Shown: piece by piece, positions 17,766 through 27,213 of the stretch
Numbering within the stretch: position 1 is the first letter of the stretch
Layout of the letters: the number at the start of each line of letters is the position of its first letter
DNA from: Candidatus Dormiibacterota bacterium
GTDB lineage: Bacteria > Chloroflexota > Dormibacteria > Dormibacterales > Dormibacteraceae
Reading direction: 5' to 3'
Assembly (NCBI GenBank): GCA_003151935.1
Contig: PLYZ01000067.1
Coordinates: 33,784-97,783, forward strand
Length of the DNA stretch: 64,000 nucleotides
Program-made: the position numbers and the translations under genes
Notes under the pieces: model-generated
The model's input: the letters and a program-made list of their open reading frames with translations, nothing else
Database searches by the model: none
What the model was told of the DNA's origin: nothing

Positions 17766-18646
17766 CCGGCCGCCGCCATCGCGCCTCGCTTCGCGAGGAG
17801 TCCCTGGGGCCTGAGAACCATCACAAGGACGAGGACGCCGAAGGCCACGACCTCCTTGTACTCAGGCGACCAGGCCGCCGCGCTGAGCTCGGTGATCAGG
17901 CCGATCAGAACTGCCCCGATCATGGCGCCGTAGGGCTGCCCGGCTCCGCCGAGCACCGCTGCGGCCAGGATGGTGATCAGAAATGCGGCGCCGTTGGCGA
18001 TGGCGAACGAGTCGGAGTTCAGCGCGGCGACGACGCCGGCAAGCCCACACAGCGCGCCCGTGATCAGCCAGACGGCGTCCACTACGCGTTGGGTCGGAAT
18101 GCCGCAGTTGCGCGCCAGCGTGGGATTGGCGGAGGTGGCTCGCATCGCTTTGCCCAGCCGCGTGTACTTCAGCAGGCCATGGATGAGGAGCATGACCACG
18201 ACGGCGATGCCGATGATCAATATCTGGTTCGTCGTCAGGATGATCGCGCCAAGCCGGATGAGACCGCCAGTGCCTTCCTGGTAGGAAACGCTGTAGTACC
18301 CGACGATCGGGAGCAGCAGGTTGGCCATCATGAGCGAGATCGCCAGGGAGACGATGACCATCCCGAGATACGACGTGCCTTTCCGCTGGAAGGGTGCATA
18401 CACGATCCTGTTCAGGAGAAACGAGAACGCCGCTCCGAACAGCGCGCCGACCACCATCCCGATCCAGATCGAGATCCCGGCCTTGTTGAGGTAGTAGGCG
18501 ACGTAAGCCGAGGAGATCATGACCTCGCCATAGGCGAGGTTGATCATGTTGGTGATCCCGAACTGCATGGTGAACCCGACCGCGGCAATGGCGATCACCG
18601 ACATGCTGACGAGGCCGAAGCCGAACGCCGCTACGAAAAGACTCAC
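17762..18646 (-). CDS. livH: Branched-chain-amino-acid-type ABC permease
   Basis: 294-aa polytopic protein with a LivH-like pattern. Confidence 0.85.
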   Translation of the reverse strand: MSLFVAAFGFGLVSMSVIAIAAVGFTMQFGITNMINLAYGEVMISSAYVAYYLNKAGISIWIGMVVGALFGAAFSFLLNRIVYAPFQRKGTSYLGMVIVSLAISLMMANLLLPIVGYYSVSYQEGTGGLIRLGAIILTTNQILIIGIAVVVMLLIHGLLKYTRLGKAMRATSANPTLARNCGIPTQRVVDAVWLITGALCGLAGVVAALNSDSFAIANGAAFLITILAAAVLGGAGQPYGAMIGAVLIGLITELSAAAWSPEYKEVVAFGVLVLVMVLRPQGLLAKRGAMAAAG

Positions 18647-18682
18647 GGCGTTCGACTCCTACCCTCGTGTTCTATTAAGGCT

Positions 18683-20002
18683 CTAGATGCCGCCCGCTGC
18701 GCTGATGTCCTGCGTCTGCTGCGGGGTCATCTGCCCGACCTTGACCTCATTGCCCTGGTTGTCGTAGGTGACCCAGATGTAGCCCGACTGGGAGTTGTTG
18801 TACTTGTCGAAGTTGTTCTCTCCGCCGGCGCCTACGAAGCGGATCGACTTGCCGGCCTTGATCGCGGCCACGCCGTCCTTATATGTGTTGACGACCGTGG
18901 CGCCGCTGGTTCCGTTTGCGATGTCCTTGATCTTGGGGTTGTAGACCGTCGGGTCGGCGCTGTTGGTGGCGACCATGGCCAGCGCGGTCATGATGATCCC
19001 GTCGTAGAGGTGAAGGGTCGATCCACGCTGCTTGTACTTCGGCGCATCCGCAAAGGTGGACGCGGCCGCGTTGAGATTGGTCTGGAACTCGGTGTAGGCC
19101 GGTCCTGAGAAGCTGTATCCGAGGTCCACGCCGCCGTAGTACTTGGTGAGATCGGCGACGCCGATCGCGTCACGGACCTGCTGGAACCACGTGGGGTCGA
19201 TGGTGGCGGAGGTGCCGATGAACGGAATCATCTGCCCGCCGTTCTGCGTCTTGACTTCCTTGAGGTAAGTGCCTGCAGAGCCGAGGGCTTCTGTGAGGAT
19301 AACGTCCGGCTTCGTGGCCAGCATCGCGGCGACCTCGGTCCGGTAGGACGAGGCGCCAAGCGTGATCGGCTGGTTGATCACGATGGTGCCGCCCAGCTTG
19401 GTGAATGCGTTGGTGGCCGGAGCAACGAAGGCCTGAGATCCGATGTCGTTGCCGAACACGAGCGCTGCCCTCTTGTAAGGAGCGTGGCCGGGTCCGTACA
19501 GGGCGCTCCCGACCATGGCGTACGCGTCAAAGATGTCCGCCGGCACGAGCCGGTGGAAGTAGGGCAGGGTCGTCTTGTTGAACTCCGTCTGCCCCGTCAT
19601 ACAGAACATCGGGATGTGGTGGAGGTTGATGATGGGCGCGACGGTCGCCGCCTCGTCGGACGTGCAGCCGACCACGGCCATCAGGTTGGAGTTGCTGGCG
19701 ATCATCTGGTTCGCCGCCGGCACCGCGTCGGCGGGCTCGCCGCGAGTGTCGAACTGCTGGCAGCTGACCTGCCGGCCGCCGACGCCGCCGTTGTTGTTGA
19801 TGGACGGAGCAGCCGCCAGGCAGGCGGCGTAATAGGCTGGGCCAAGTGCGGCGTCAACGCCGGTGAAAGGAGCGATGACACCGACCAGCAAAGCTCCGCT
19901 CCCGAGCCCGCTACCGCTGGATGAGCTGCCGCCGCCACACGCGACGAAAAGCACGAGTGCGCCGACCGCAGAGACGACCTTATACCGCTCGAACCCTCTC
20001 AC
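18683..20002 (-). CDS. ABC transporter substrate-binding lipoprotein (Peripla_BP_6/LivK-like)
   Basis: Signal peptide with a lipobox-like LFVAC followed by a GGGSSSSGSG linker, then a type I SBP pattern. Confidence 0.85.
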   Translation of the reverse strand: MRGFERYKVVSAVGALVLFVACGGGSSSSGSGLGSGALLVGVIAPFTGVDAALGPAYYAACLAAAPSINNNGGVGGRQVSCQQFDTRGEPADAVPAANQMIASNSNLMAVVGCTSDEAATVAPIINLHHIPMFCMTGQTEFNKTTLPYFHRLVPADIFDAYAMVGSALYGPGHAPYKRAALVFGNDIGSQAFVAPATNAFTKLGGTIVINQPITLGASSYRTEVAAMLATKPDVILTEALGSAGTYLKEVKTQNGGQMIPFIGTSATIDPTWFQQVRDAIGVADLTKYYGGVDLGYSFSGPAYTEFQTNLNAAASTFADAPKYKQRGSTLHLYDGIIMTALAMVATNSADPTVYNPKIKDIANGTSGATVVNTYKDGVAAIKAGKSIRFVGAGGENNFDKYNNSQSGYIWVTYDNQGNEVKVGQMTPQQTQDISAAGGI

Positions 20003-20046
20003 AATCGTTCCTCGCTCCCTGAGTAGTAAGGCTTGATCACGGACAG

Positions 20047-20058
20047 ATTGTCGACATT
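20047..20058. promoter_or_regulatory. Candidate GntR-type operator (ATTGTCGACATT, core palindrome TGTCGACA)
   Basis: Palindrome of the GT-N-AC type in the 75-bp divergent region between the ABC operon and the GntR gene. Confidence 0.4.
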
Positions 20059-20077
20059 ATTGGGGATAATCTGGCCG

Positions 20078-20773
20078 ATGGCAAGGACCCCGCTTCGGGA
20101 GCCGGTCGCGCCGGAGGCCGGAAACACAGCGTACCGGCGCCTGCGTGAGGGCATCGCGAGCGGCCAATTCCATCCCAACGAGCGGCTGGTCGAGGCCACG
20201 GTCGCGAACCGGTTGGGCGTCGGAAGGACCGCAGTTCGCGCGGCGCTGGTCAGGCTCGACCAGGAAGGCCTCGTGACCCTCGAGCCGAACCGTGGCGCAC
20301 GCGTCAGGCTCATCTCCGACCGCGAGGCCCTGGAGATCGAAGAGGTGCGGGCCACGCTGGAGGGGATGCTCGCGCGCAGAGCTGCGGCCAAAGCGACCCC
20401 CGCCGATCTGCGCGACCTGCGGCAGGTGATTGTCGAGATGCGCCAGCGCGTCGAGAAGAACGACGCGATCGGTTACTCAGACCTCAACGCGCGATTCCAC
20501 CAACGCATCTGGGCGGCCGCCGAGCACGCGACCGCCAGCCGTCTGGTGGGGAGCCTGAAGTCACAGAGCATTCGCCTTCAGTACCAGACGATCTTGCGGC
20601 CGGGGCGGACCGAGCGGTCCCTGCGCGAGCACGAAGCCATCTTCGATGCTTTGAAGGCGCACGACCCCAACGCGGCGGAGGAGGCGATGCGCGCGCACCT
20701 CGCCGAGGTCCAGGAAACCCTGAAGTGGGCTATCGAGGGACTGCATCGCGCGTCAACGTGGCTTCCCGGCTAA
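20078..20773 (+). CDS. GntR-family transcriptional regulator (FadR/FCD subfamily)
   Basis: YRRLREGIASGQFHPNERLVEATVANRLGVGRTAVRAALVRLDQEGLV is the wHTH, followed by an FCD-like helical domain. ATG 20078 was chosen. Confidence 0.9.
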   Translation: MARTPLREPVAPEAGNTAYRRLREGIASGQFHPNERLVEATVANRLGVGRTAVRAALVRLDQEGLVTLEPNRGARVRLISDREALEIEEVRATLEGMLARRAAAKATPADLRDLRQVIVEMRQRVEKNDAIGYSDLNARFHQRIWAAAEHATASRLVGSLKSQSIRLQYQTILRPGRTERSLREHEAIFDALKAHDPNAAEEAMRAHLAEVQETLKWAIEGLHRASTWLPG

Positions 20774-20805
20774 CACCCGGTCCTCGCAATCCCGTGCGAT
20801 AGCGT

Positions 20806-22047
20806 GTGCCGGCCATTAGCGACAAGGAAACGCGCCCAGCGCTCGCCCATCCCGAGCCGCTGATCCGCAGCCGGAGCGGCGCCCTGATCGCCGCGCTCAC
20901 GTTTTCCACGCTGGCCACCGGGCTGCTGCAGATCTGCCTGCCGCTGGAGCTGAGACAGCTACGGGCCAGTCCCAACGAAATCGGGCTGACCCTGTCGATG
21001 TACGGATTCGGGATGTTCGCCTTCGAATGGCTCTGGGGCGTCCTGGCGGATCGCGCCGGCTACCGCGCGCCGCTCGTCACTTCCCAGCTGTTGTATGCGG
21101 CCAGCATCGTGCTCCTCGCTCGCTCCAACTCCATATTCCTGATTGGGGTCAGCTACTTTCTCGCGTCCGGGATGTTGGTGGCGGTCGGGCCCATCGCGCG
21201 GTCTTATGTCGGCACAGCGCTGCAGGCCCGGCTCCGCGCCACCGGGCTCGCGCTGCTCGCGGCCTCGTGGGTCATCGCCGAAGCAATCGGGGCCGGAGCG
21301 GGTGGGCAGCTGATCGACCACTTCCCGATCCGCAGCGTATTGCTGGCGGCAGCCGCCCTCCCGGCCGTCTCCGCGCTGTTGTCGGCGTGGGTTTTCCGAC
21401 GCTATTCCCACGCCGAGCATCGCGGCGCTTGGACGGCAGACGACGACGCGCGTTCTGAGGAGTCCCGGGCCGGCGGCGGCGTGCTTCGAATCCTGACCGT
21501 GACAGCGGCCATGGTACTGCTGGTGCAGGTTGGCGCCGGCGGTGAGCTGGCCTTGCTTCCTTTGCTCGTCACGACCCACCTTCAGCTCTCGGCGGCAAGC
21601 GCGGGGACCGCGATGCTCGCCGTCGGCTTGATCGGAGGCCTCCTGCTGATCCCAGGCGGAAACGCCTCCGACCGATGGGGTCGCAGGCCCACCATGGTCG
21701 CAGGCGGGATCCTGTCGGCGATCGGATTCGTCATCTATGCCACTTCCGGCACCTTCGTCCAGGTCGTCGCCGGCGCCGCCGTCCGCGCGCTGGGCGCATC
21801 TCTGATCTGGCCTGCGGCGACTGCGTGGATGGCGGAGTCCATGCCGCGCCGGCGGCACGCCCTGTTCATGGGCCTCTTCGGCGAGTTTGAAAATGTCGGT
21901 ATCACACTCGGCCCGATCCTGGGCGGCGTGGCCTGGTCGCTCGCCGGAATCCAGGCGGCCTTCTACACCTATGCGGCGGCGGCCCTGCTTGCCTCCGTCG
22001 TCGCCGCCGTATTCGTTCAGCGGCGGCCGCCGTCCAACTCCGGCTGA
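20806..22047 (+). CDS. MFS transporter
   Basis: 413 aa, about 12 hydrophobic segments, with a D-R-x-G-R-like loop (LADRAGYR, SDRWGRR). Confidence 0.85.
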   Translation: MPAISDKETRPALAHPEPLIRSRSGALIAALTFSTLATGLLQICLPLELRQLRASPNEIGLTLSMYGFGMFAFEWLWGVLADRAGYRAPLVTSQLLYAASIVLLARSNSIFLIGVSYFLASGMLVAVGPIARSYVGTALQARLRATGLALLAASWVIAEAIGAGAGGQLIDHFPIRSVLLAAAALPAVSALLSAWVFRRYSHAEHRGAWTADDDARSEESRAGGGVLRILTVTAAMVLLVQVGAGGELALLPLLVTTHLQLSAASAGTAMLAVGLIGGLLLIPGGNASDRWGRRPTMVAGGILSAIGFVIYATSGTFVQVVAGAAVRALGASLIWPAATAWMAESMPRRRHALFMGLFGEFENVGITLGPILGGVAWSLAGIQAAFYTYAAAALLASVVAAVFVQRRPPSNSG

Positions 22048-22073
22048 GTAGCGCATCCAGCGACAATTCGCAG

Positions 22074-22325
22074 GTGCGCATCGCGCTCGGAGACATCTTC
22101 TCCTGGCTGGTGACGGCCCTTTTCGGCGTGATTACGCTCCTGCTCGCTTTCGAGAGCTGGGCGCTGCTCACCGATCACAAGCCGATCACCGATTACGTTC
22201 GGCCCGCCGTACACACCTACCCGGGCGTGGCCTTCGCGATCGCGGTCGTGGTCGGCATCCTGTTGGGCCACTTCCTCTGGGGTCCGGCCTACGGCCGGAC
22301 GTCTCCAACGGATCAACCGAAATGA
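22074..22325 (+). CDS. Small two-TM membrane protein (paralogue A)
   Basis: 83 aa. Alignable by eye with the next ORF (…P.T..VR..V...P...FA.AVVVGILLGHFLW). Confidence 0.55.
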   Translation: MRIALGDIFSWLVTALFGVITLLLAFESWALLTDHKPITDYVRPAVHTYPGVAFAIAVVVGILLGHFLWGPAYGRTSPTDQPK

Positions 22326-22534
22326 ACTTCAGCCCTGAGGCCATCCTGTCGCTGATCGCGACCGCCGGCGCGTTGGTCGCATTTCTTTTGATGCTCGAGG
22401 AGTCGATCGCGCTCAGGCAGGGAAGAGATCCGATGACCAACGGGGTGCGCTCGGTCGTGCGCCGCTTCCCTCGCATCACCTATGCCCTCGCGGTCGTCAT
22501 TGGAATGCTGCTCGGCCACCTCCTTTGGCCGTAG
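22322..22534 (+). CDS. Small two-TM membrane protein (paralogue B)
   Basis: 70 aa. The ATG overlaps the previous stop (ATGA). It shares the C-terminal ...YALAVVIGMLLGHLLW motif with paralogue A. Confidence 0.55.
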   Translation: MNFSPEAILSLIATAGALVAFLLMLEESIALRQGRDPMTNGVRSVVRRFPRITYALAVVIGMLLGHLLWP

Positions 22535-23472
22535 AACACTCCAGCAGCGTGGCGCCGGCGGCGCCAAGAACCCAGTGGGCCGGCACGGGCATGGTGCTGG
22601 GGTCGGCAACCGCGTTTGGGACGCTTGCCATTTTCGCCAAGCTTGGCTATGCCTCCGGCCTGGGCACGGAACAGACGCTGGCTTTTCGATTTCTCCTGGC
22701 GGCGATCGGTATGGTCGCGCTCGCACTGGCGCTCGGCCAGAACCCTCTGCGCCTCCAGCGCAAGCCACTCCTCATGCTCTTCGGCCTGGGCGCGATCGTC
22801 TATACGGGCCAGTCCCTGACCTACTTCGTCGCCCTCAGATCGCTGCCCGCGTCGCTTGTGGTGCTCATCGCATACATCTACCCGAGCCTGGTGGTCGTGG
22901 CGGCATGGCTCTTCCTCCACCGCGCGGTCTCGGCCTGGCACGGCGTAGCGCTCGCGATGAGCTTCGCCGGGGTCGCGCTGCTCGTCGGCGGCTCACAGTT
23001 CCATCTGTCGTGGGCGCTCGTCTGGCCACTTGTTCTGGCTGTCGCCTCGCCGATGATCTATACGGGCTACATCCTGATCGGCGAGCGCGTCATGGTCTCG
23101 GTGCCCGCGGTGGCCGCGAGCGCTGTGATCATGAGCGGAGCCGCCCTCGCTTTCTGCCTGCTGGCCGCGCTCACCCACGAGCTGGCGCTGCCGCGGAACT
23201 CGGGCGGATGGGTGGTCGCTGTCGGCATCGCGCTGATTCCCACGATGATCGCCATCTCGCTGTTCCTCGCCGGGTTGCCGCGCATCGGCGCCGCGCGTGC
23301 GGCGCTCCTCAGCACCTGGGAGCCGGTGGTCACCGTTTTTCTGGCGGTGATCGTGCTGGGCGACAGGTTGTCGCTGGTTCAGCTGCTGGGAGGCGTGCTC
23401 GTGATCGTCGCGGTGATCGTCGTGCAGGCGGCGCACCTGTGGAGGCCTGGGCTCTCGAACGTGCTGAAGTAG
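22525..23472 (+). CDS. DMT-superfamily (EamA-like) transporter
   Basis: About ten hydrophobic segments in two EamA-like halves. The start is uncertain. Confidence 0.8.
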   Translation: MAVEHSSSVAPAAPRTQWAGTGMVLGSATAFGTLAIFAKLGYASGLGTEQTLAFRFLLAAIGMVALALALGQNPLRLQRKPLLMLFGLGAIVYTGQSLTYFVALRSLPASLVVLIAYIYPSLVVVAAWLFLHRAVSAWHGVALAMSFAGVALLVGGSQFHLSWALVWPLVLAVASPMIYTGYILIGERVMVSVPAVAASAVIMSGAALAFCLLAALTHELALPRNSGGWVVAVGIALIPTMIAISLFLAGLPRIGAARAALLSTWEPVVTVFLAVIVLGDRLSLVQLLGGVLVIVAVIVVQAAHLWRPGLSNVLK

Positions 23473-23476
23473 GGAC

Positions 23477-24112
23477 CTAGCTTCGCTTGATGACGATCAC
23501 GGAGATGTCGTCGGCGGCGCGGTCGATTCGATCGGCGGAGTTCTTGATGTGCCTGTAGATCTCTCTCGACTTGAGGATGTGGCTGATCTCGTCCCCGCTG
23601 TCGAAGAGGCTGCCGACCGCCTGGTGATACAGGCTGTCGATGCGGTTCTCCGACCGCTTCGCCCTCACGGCGTGCTCGGAGGCGACCCCCGGATGGTCGA
23701 GCAGCTCGCCGACCGACGCTCGTATGTGGCGAGCGCCTTCGACGAGCACGACCGCCATCTCGTGAAGGCCCTCCGGCGGCGCGATCTTGTAGATCGAAAG
23801 CTCGATCGCCGTCTCGTTGGCCGCGTCCAGGATGTCATCGATCGCGCGTGAGAGGGCGAAGAGGTCTTCGCGATCGAAAGGTGTCGCATACGTGTGGGCG
23901 AGCTCGTCGATGAGGATCCGTCGCTTGGCGTCGCCCTCGCGCTCGATCTCCTTGATCTCTTCGATGAACTCGTCGTTGGCGGTGGGTTGGCGGCCGAACT
24001 TTTCGAGCGCCTGCAGCGCCCGTATCGTCAGGTCGGCCTGCTCGGACAGCAGCTGGACGAACCTCCGGTCGTTCGACCGCCCGAGGGCTTTGATCGTGCG
24101 GCCGATGCTCAA
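23477..24112 (-). CDS. DUF47 (PhoU-like) protein associated with PiT transporters
   Basis: ...EIEREGDAKRRILIDELAHTYATPFDREDL...SREIYRHIKNSADRIDRAADDI is the DUF47 pattern. TTG 24112 overlaps the PiT stop (TTGA). The track ORF start lies inside the PiT gene. Confidence 0.8.
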   Translation of the reverse strand: MSIGRTIKALGRSNDRRFVQLLSEQADLTIRALQALEKFGRQPTANDEFIEEIKEIEREGDAKRRILIDELAHTYATPFDREDLFALSRAIDDILDAANETAIELSIYKIAPPEGLHEMAVVLVEGARHIRASVGELLDHPGVASEHAVRAKRSENRIDSLYHQAVGSLFDSGDEISHILKSREIYRHIKNSADRIDRAADDISVIVIKRS

Positions 24113-25113
24113 GGTGCCATCCCAAAAAGCCTGACAGCAAAGTGAAGAGCCGCCGCCACCGCGACCGCCAGCGGCAGCGTCAGCAGCCAGCTGAACAGGA
24201 GCTCGCGGACGATTCCCCACCGCACCGAAGAGGCGCGCTGCGCCGCGCCGACGCCGACCAATCCACCATCGATCGTCTGCGTCATGCTCACCGGCGCGCC
24301 GGCCACGGCGAGCACGGCCACCACGGTGCCCGACGCAAACTGCTGCGCAAGCGCTTGCATCGGGCGGACCTTGAGGACTCCAAACCCGATCCGGCTAGCC
24401 ACGCGCCAGCCGCCGACAAGCGCACCCACGTAGAAAAATCCGAATGCGCCAATGATAGGCAGCGGCCTTGAAAACGCCACCTGCTGATGTTGATTTGAGA
24501 ATGACATGCCGACCGCGATCAACCCGACCGACTTCTCCATGTCGTTCGCCCCGTACGCGAATGCCTGCACCGCGGCTGTCAGCAGCTGCAGCCGCGCGAT
24601 TTGCAGCATGGCGGCATGCGCATGGGTGCCGAGGAATCGCCGGATTGCCCAGTAGAGGGCCAGCGCCAGCAACCCGCCACCGAGGACCGACACCGGCATG
24701 CCGACGAGGACACGCGCAACGCCGGCCCAATGCACGGCCGAGCGGCCGCCCGAAGCCAGGACCCACCCGAGCATTCCGCCGACGAGGGCGAGCGTCATGC
24801 TGGTCGGAATGCCGAATCGCCAGGACATCAGGACGACCGTGAGTGGCGAAAGGACGATCAGGACGTAGCCGAGCTCTCCCTGGCCGCGCAGGTCGATGAC
24901 GTTCGTGCCGATCGTCCGGGCCACCGCCGTACCGATGACAAGCGGTCCCGCGAGGCAAAACAGCAGCAGGACCGCAGCCATGGGCGGCGCGATCACGCGG
25001 CCCGACGTGAATGACGCAAGCAGGTTGCCGCCGTCGTTGAACCCGGAGACCAGGCCGAACAAACAGGGTGCGACGAGTGGAATGACCGCTTCGAGACTCA
25101 AGTCGGGCTGCAT
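24109..25113 (-). CDS. PiT-family inorganic phosphate (or sulfate) transporter
   Basis: GFNDGGN and GANDMEK signature repeats of the PHO4 family. Confidence 0.9.
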   Translation of the reverse strand: MQPDLSLEAVIPLVAPCLFGLVSGFNDGGNLLASFTSGRVIAPPMAAVLLLFCLAGPLVIGTAVARTIGTNVIDLRGQGELGYVLIVLSPLTVVLMSWRFGIPTSMTLALVGGMLGWVLASGGRSAVHWAGVARVLVGMPVSVLGGGLLALALYWAIRRFLGTHAHAAMLQIARLQLLTAAVQAFAYGANDMEKSVGLIAVGMSFSNQHQQVAFSRPLPIIGAFGFFYVGALVGGWRVASRIGFGVLKVRPMQALAQQFASGTVVAVLAVAGAPVSMTQTIDGGLVGVGAAQRASSVRWGIVRELLFSWLLTLPLAVAVAAALHFAVRLFGMAP

Positions 25114-25183
25114 CGTAAGCGCGCACCTGGAAGAGGTGTGAGATGTCGTTTAGATGGCATGCCGTGCGATGCAGAATGGGCCG

Positions 25184-25609
25184 ATGGCACACACCATCGA
25201 CGTCCAAGCTGGCGTGAGCTCGTTTCTCCAGCTGGACTATCTCTACACGCCCAGCAGCGATGTCGCGGCGGACGCGCGTTACTTCATCGACGTGCTCGGC
25301 GGGCGCCTCGGCTTTGCCGTCGAAGGCATGGGAGCGCGCGTCGCGCTGGTGGAGTTGACGGACGGCCCACCGCATGTACTCCTCACCGATCACCTGGAAG
25401 GCGACCGGCCGGTCTACATCTACCGCGTCGACGACCTCCGGAAGGCGACGGCTGAGCTTAGGAAACGAGGCTTGAAGAAGCAGCACAGCCTGGAGATCCC
25501 GATGGGTCCGTGCATGTCGTTCGTGACGCCGGGCGGTCATCGCATCGCCATCTACGAGCTGGCCAGGCCGGGCGTGCTCGAGCATTTCATGGGCCGCGCG
25601 GACTTCTAG
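25184..25609 (+). CDS. VOC/glyoxalase-fold protein
   Basis: Small beta-alpha-beta-beta-beta style sequence (…FYIDVLGGRL…VYIYRVDDL…HRIAIYE). ATG 25184 or 25154. Confidence 0.6.
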   Translation: MAHTIDVQAGVSSFLQLDYLYTPSSDVAADARYFIDVLGGRLGFAVEGMGARVALVELTDGPPHVLLTDHLEGDRPVYIYRVDDLRKATAELRKRGLKKQHSLEIPMGPCMSFVTPGGHRIAIYELARPGVLEHFMGRADF

Positions 25610-25619
25610 AGTTGACCGG

Positions 25620-27203
25620 ATGACCACGAAGCGCTGGATCCTGGTCGCCGCCGTCCTGGGCTCCGGCATCGTCTTCCTGGACTCGACCGTGGTCAACGTC
25701 GCCCTCCCTCGAATCGGTCGCGATCTGCCGCGCTCCTTCCTCGGCGTGCTCGAAGGCCAGTCGTACGTCTACAACGCCTATCTCCTGACCCTGAGCTCGC
25801 TGCTCATCCTCGCGGGCGCCCTCAGCGATTTCTACGGCCGGCGCCGCATGTTTCTCTACGGCCTCGTCGGCTTCGGCGCCACGTCGGTGCTCTGCGGCCT
25901 GGCCCCGACCATGGAGCTGCTCGTCCTGTTTCGCATTCTGCAGGGCGCGGCGGGTGCGCTGCTCGTCCCTGGGTCTCTGGCCCTGCTCACGGCCAACTTC
26001 TCGGGTGAAGAGCAGGGACGCGCCTTCGGCACGTGGGCGGGCGCGTCCGGAGCGACCACGATCCTCGGACCGGTGATCGGCGGGTTGCTCGTCGACACCA
26101 TCTCGTGGAGGGCGGCTTTCTTCATCAACGTCCCGCTCGTGGTCGTGGCCGTGTGGGCAACCTTGAAGCACATCCCGGAGAGCCGCGACGAGCAGGCGAC
26201 GCCACATTTCGACTGGCTTGGGGCCGCCGTCGTTGCGCTTGCGGTCGGCGGCCTGGCCTTCGGCGCGATCTATGGGCAGCAGCGGGCCTGGCGCGACCCG
26301 ATCGGGTACATCGCGCTCGCAGTCGGAGTGGTGGCGACGATCGCGTTGCCCATCCTGATGATGCGGTCGGCGCATCCACTGATCCCGCTGCACCTCTTCC
26401 GGTCGCGGAACTTCTCAGTGACCAACATCTCGACGCTTTTGATTTACGGCGCCCTGTACGTCACGTTCTATTACCTGACGCTCTTCCAGCAGGGCACGCT
26501 CGGGTATACCGCCGCCGCCGCGGGGGCCGGCGCGATTCCCGGCTCCTTGCTCCTCATCTTCTTCTCGCGCCGGTTCGGAAGCCTTGCCGCACGCTACGGC
26601 CCGAGATGGTTCATGGCGCTCGGCCCCGCGATCATGGCGCTGGGAGTCCTGTGGTACTCGCGCGTCCCGGCGACGAGCGCGCCGTGGCGGCTGCAGCCGG
26701 CCGACCCGAGCACCTACCTGCCGACGCTGTCTTACCTGATCGATTTCCTGCCCGGCTCGATGGTCTTCGGCGCCGGCCTGACGATGATGGTGGCTCCGCT
26801 CACGACCGCGCTCATGACCTCGGTGCCAGTGCGGAACTCGGGCGTCGGGTCCGCGATCAACAACGCGATCTCGCGCGTCGGCCCGCAGCTCGCCGGCGCG
26901 CTCATCTTCGTCTTTCTCACTGCGAACTTCTACTCGGCGCTTGCCTCCAAGCTGCCAGGCGTCGACGTTTCGTCGACCAGCTTTCGCAACCAGGTGAGCC
27001 CACTCAACACGCCACCCGATCCGCACCTTGTCGCGGTCGTGCGCGACGCCTCGACCTCTTCGTTTCACCTCGCGGTTCTCGTGGGCGCGGTCCTGCTCCT
27101 CGTCGGGGCATTGGTGAATGCCATTGGCATCCGCAATGCCGACAGCCTCGAACGTCAGCAGCCGGTGGCCGAGAGCGATCCGGTCCCACAAGCCGGCGCC
27201 TAG
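25620..27203 (+). CDS. MFS transporter, DHA2 (14-TMS, EmrB/QacA-like) family
   Basis: 527 aa with FLDSTVVNVALP and LSDFYGRRRMF motifs, typical of DHA2 exporters. Confidence 0.85.
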   Translation: MTTKRWILVAAVLGSGIVFLDSTVVNVALPRIGRDLPRSFLGVLEGQSYVYNAYLLTLSSLLILAGALSDFYGRRRMFLYGLVGFGATSVLCGLAPTMELLVLFRILQGAAGALLVPGSLALLTANFSGEEQGRAFGTWAGASGATTILGPVIGGLLVDTISWRAAFFINVPLVVVAVWATLKHIPESRDEQATPHFDWLGAAVVALAVGGLAFGAIYGQQRAWRDPIGYIALAVGVVATIALPILMMRSAHPLIPLHLFRSRNFSVTNISTLLIYGALYVTFYYLTLFQQGTLGYTAAAAGAGAIPGSLLLIFFSRRFGSLAARYGPRWFMALGPAIMALGVLWYSRVPATSAPWRLQPADPSTYLPTLSYLIDFLPGSMVFGAGLTMMVAPLTTALMTSVPVRNSGVGSAINNAISRVGPQLAGALIFVFLTANFYSALASKLPGVDVSSTSFRNQVSPLNTPPDPHLVAVVRDASTSSFHLAVLVGAVLLLVGALVNAIGIRNADSLERQQPVAESDPVPQAGA

Positions 27204-27213
27204 ACTTGCAGCC

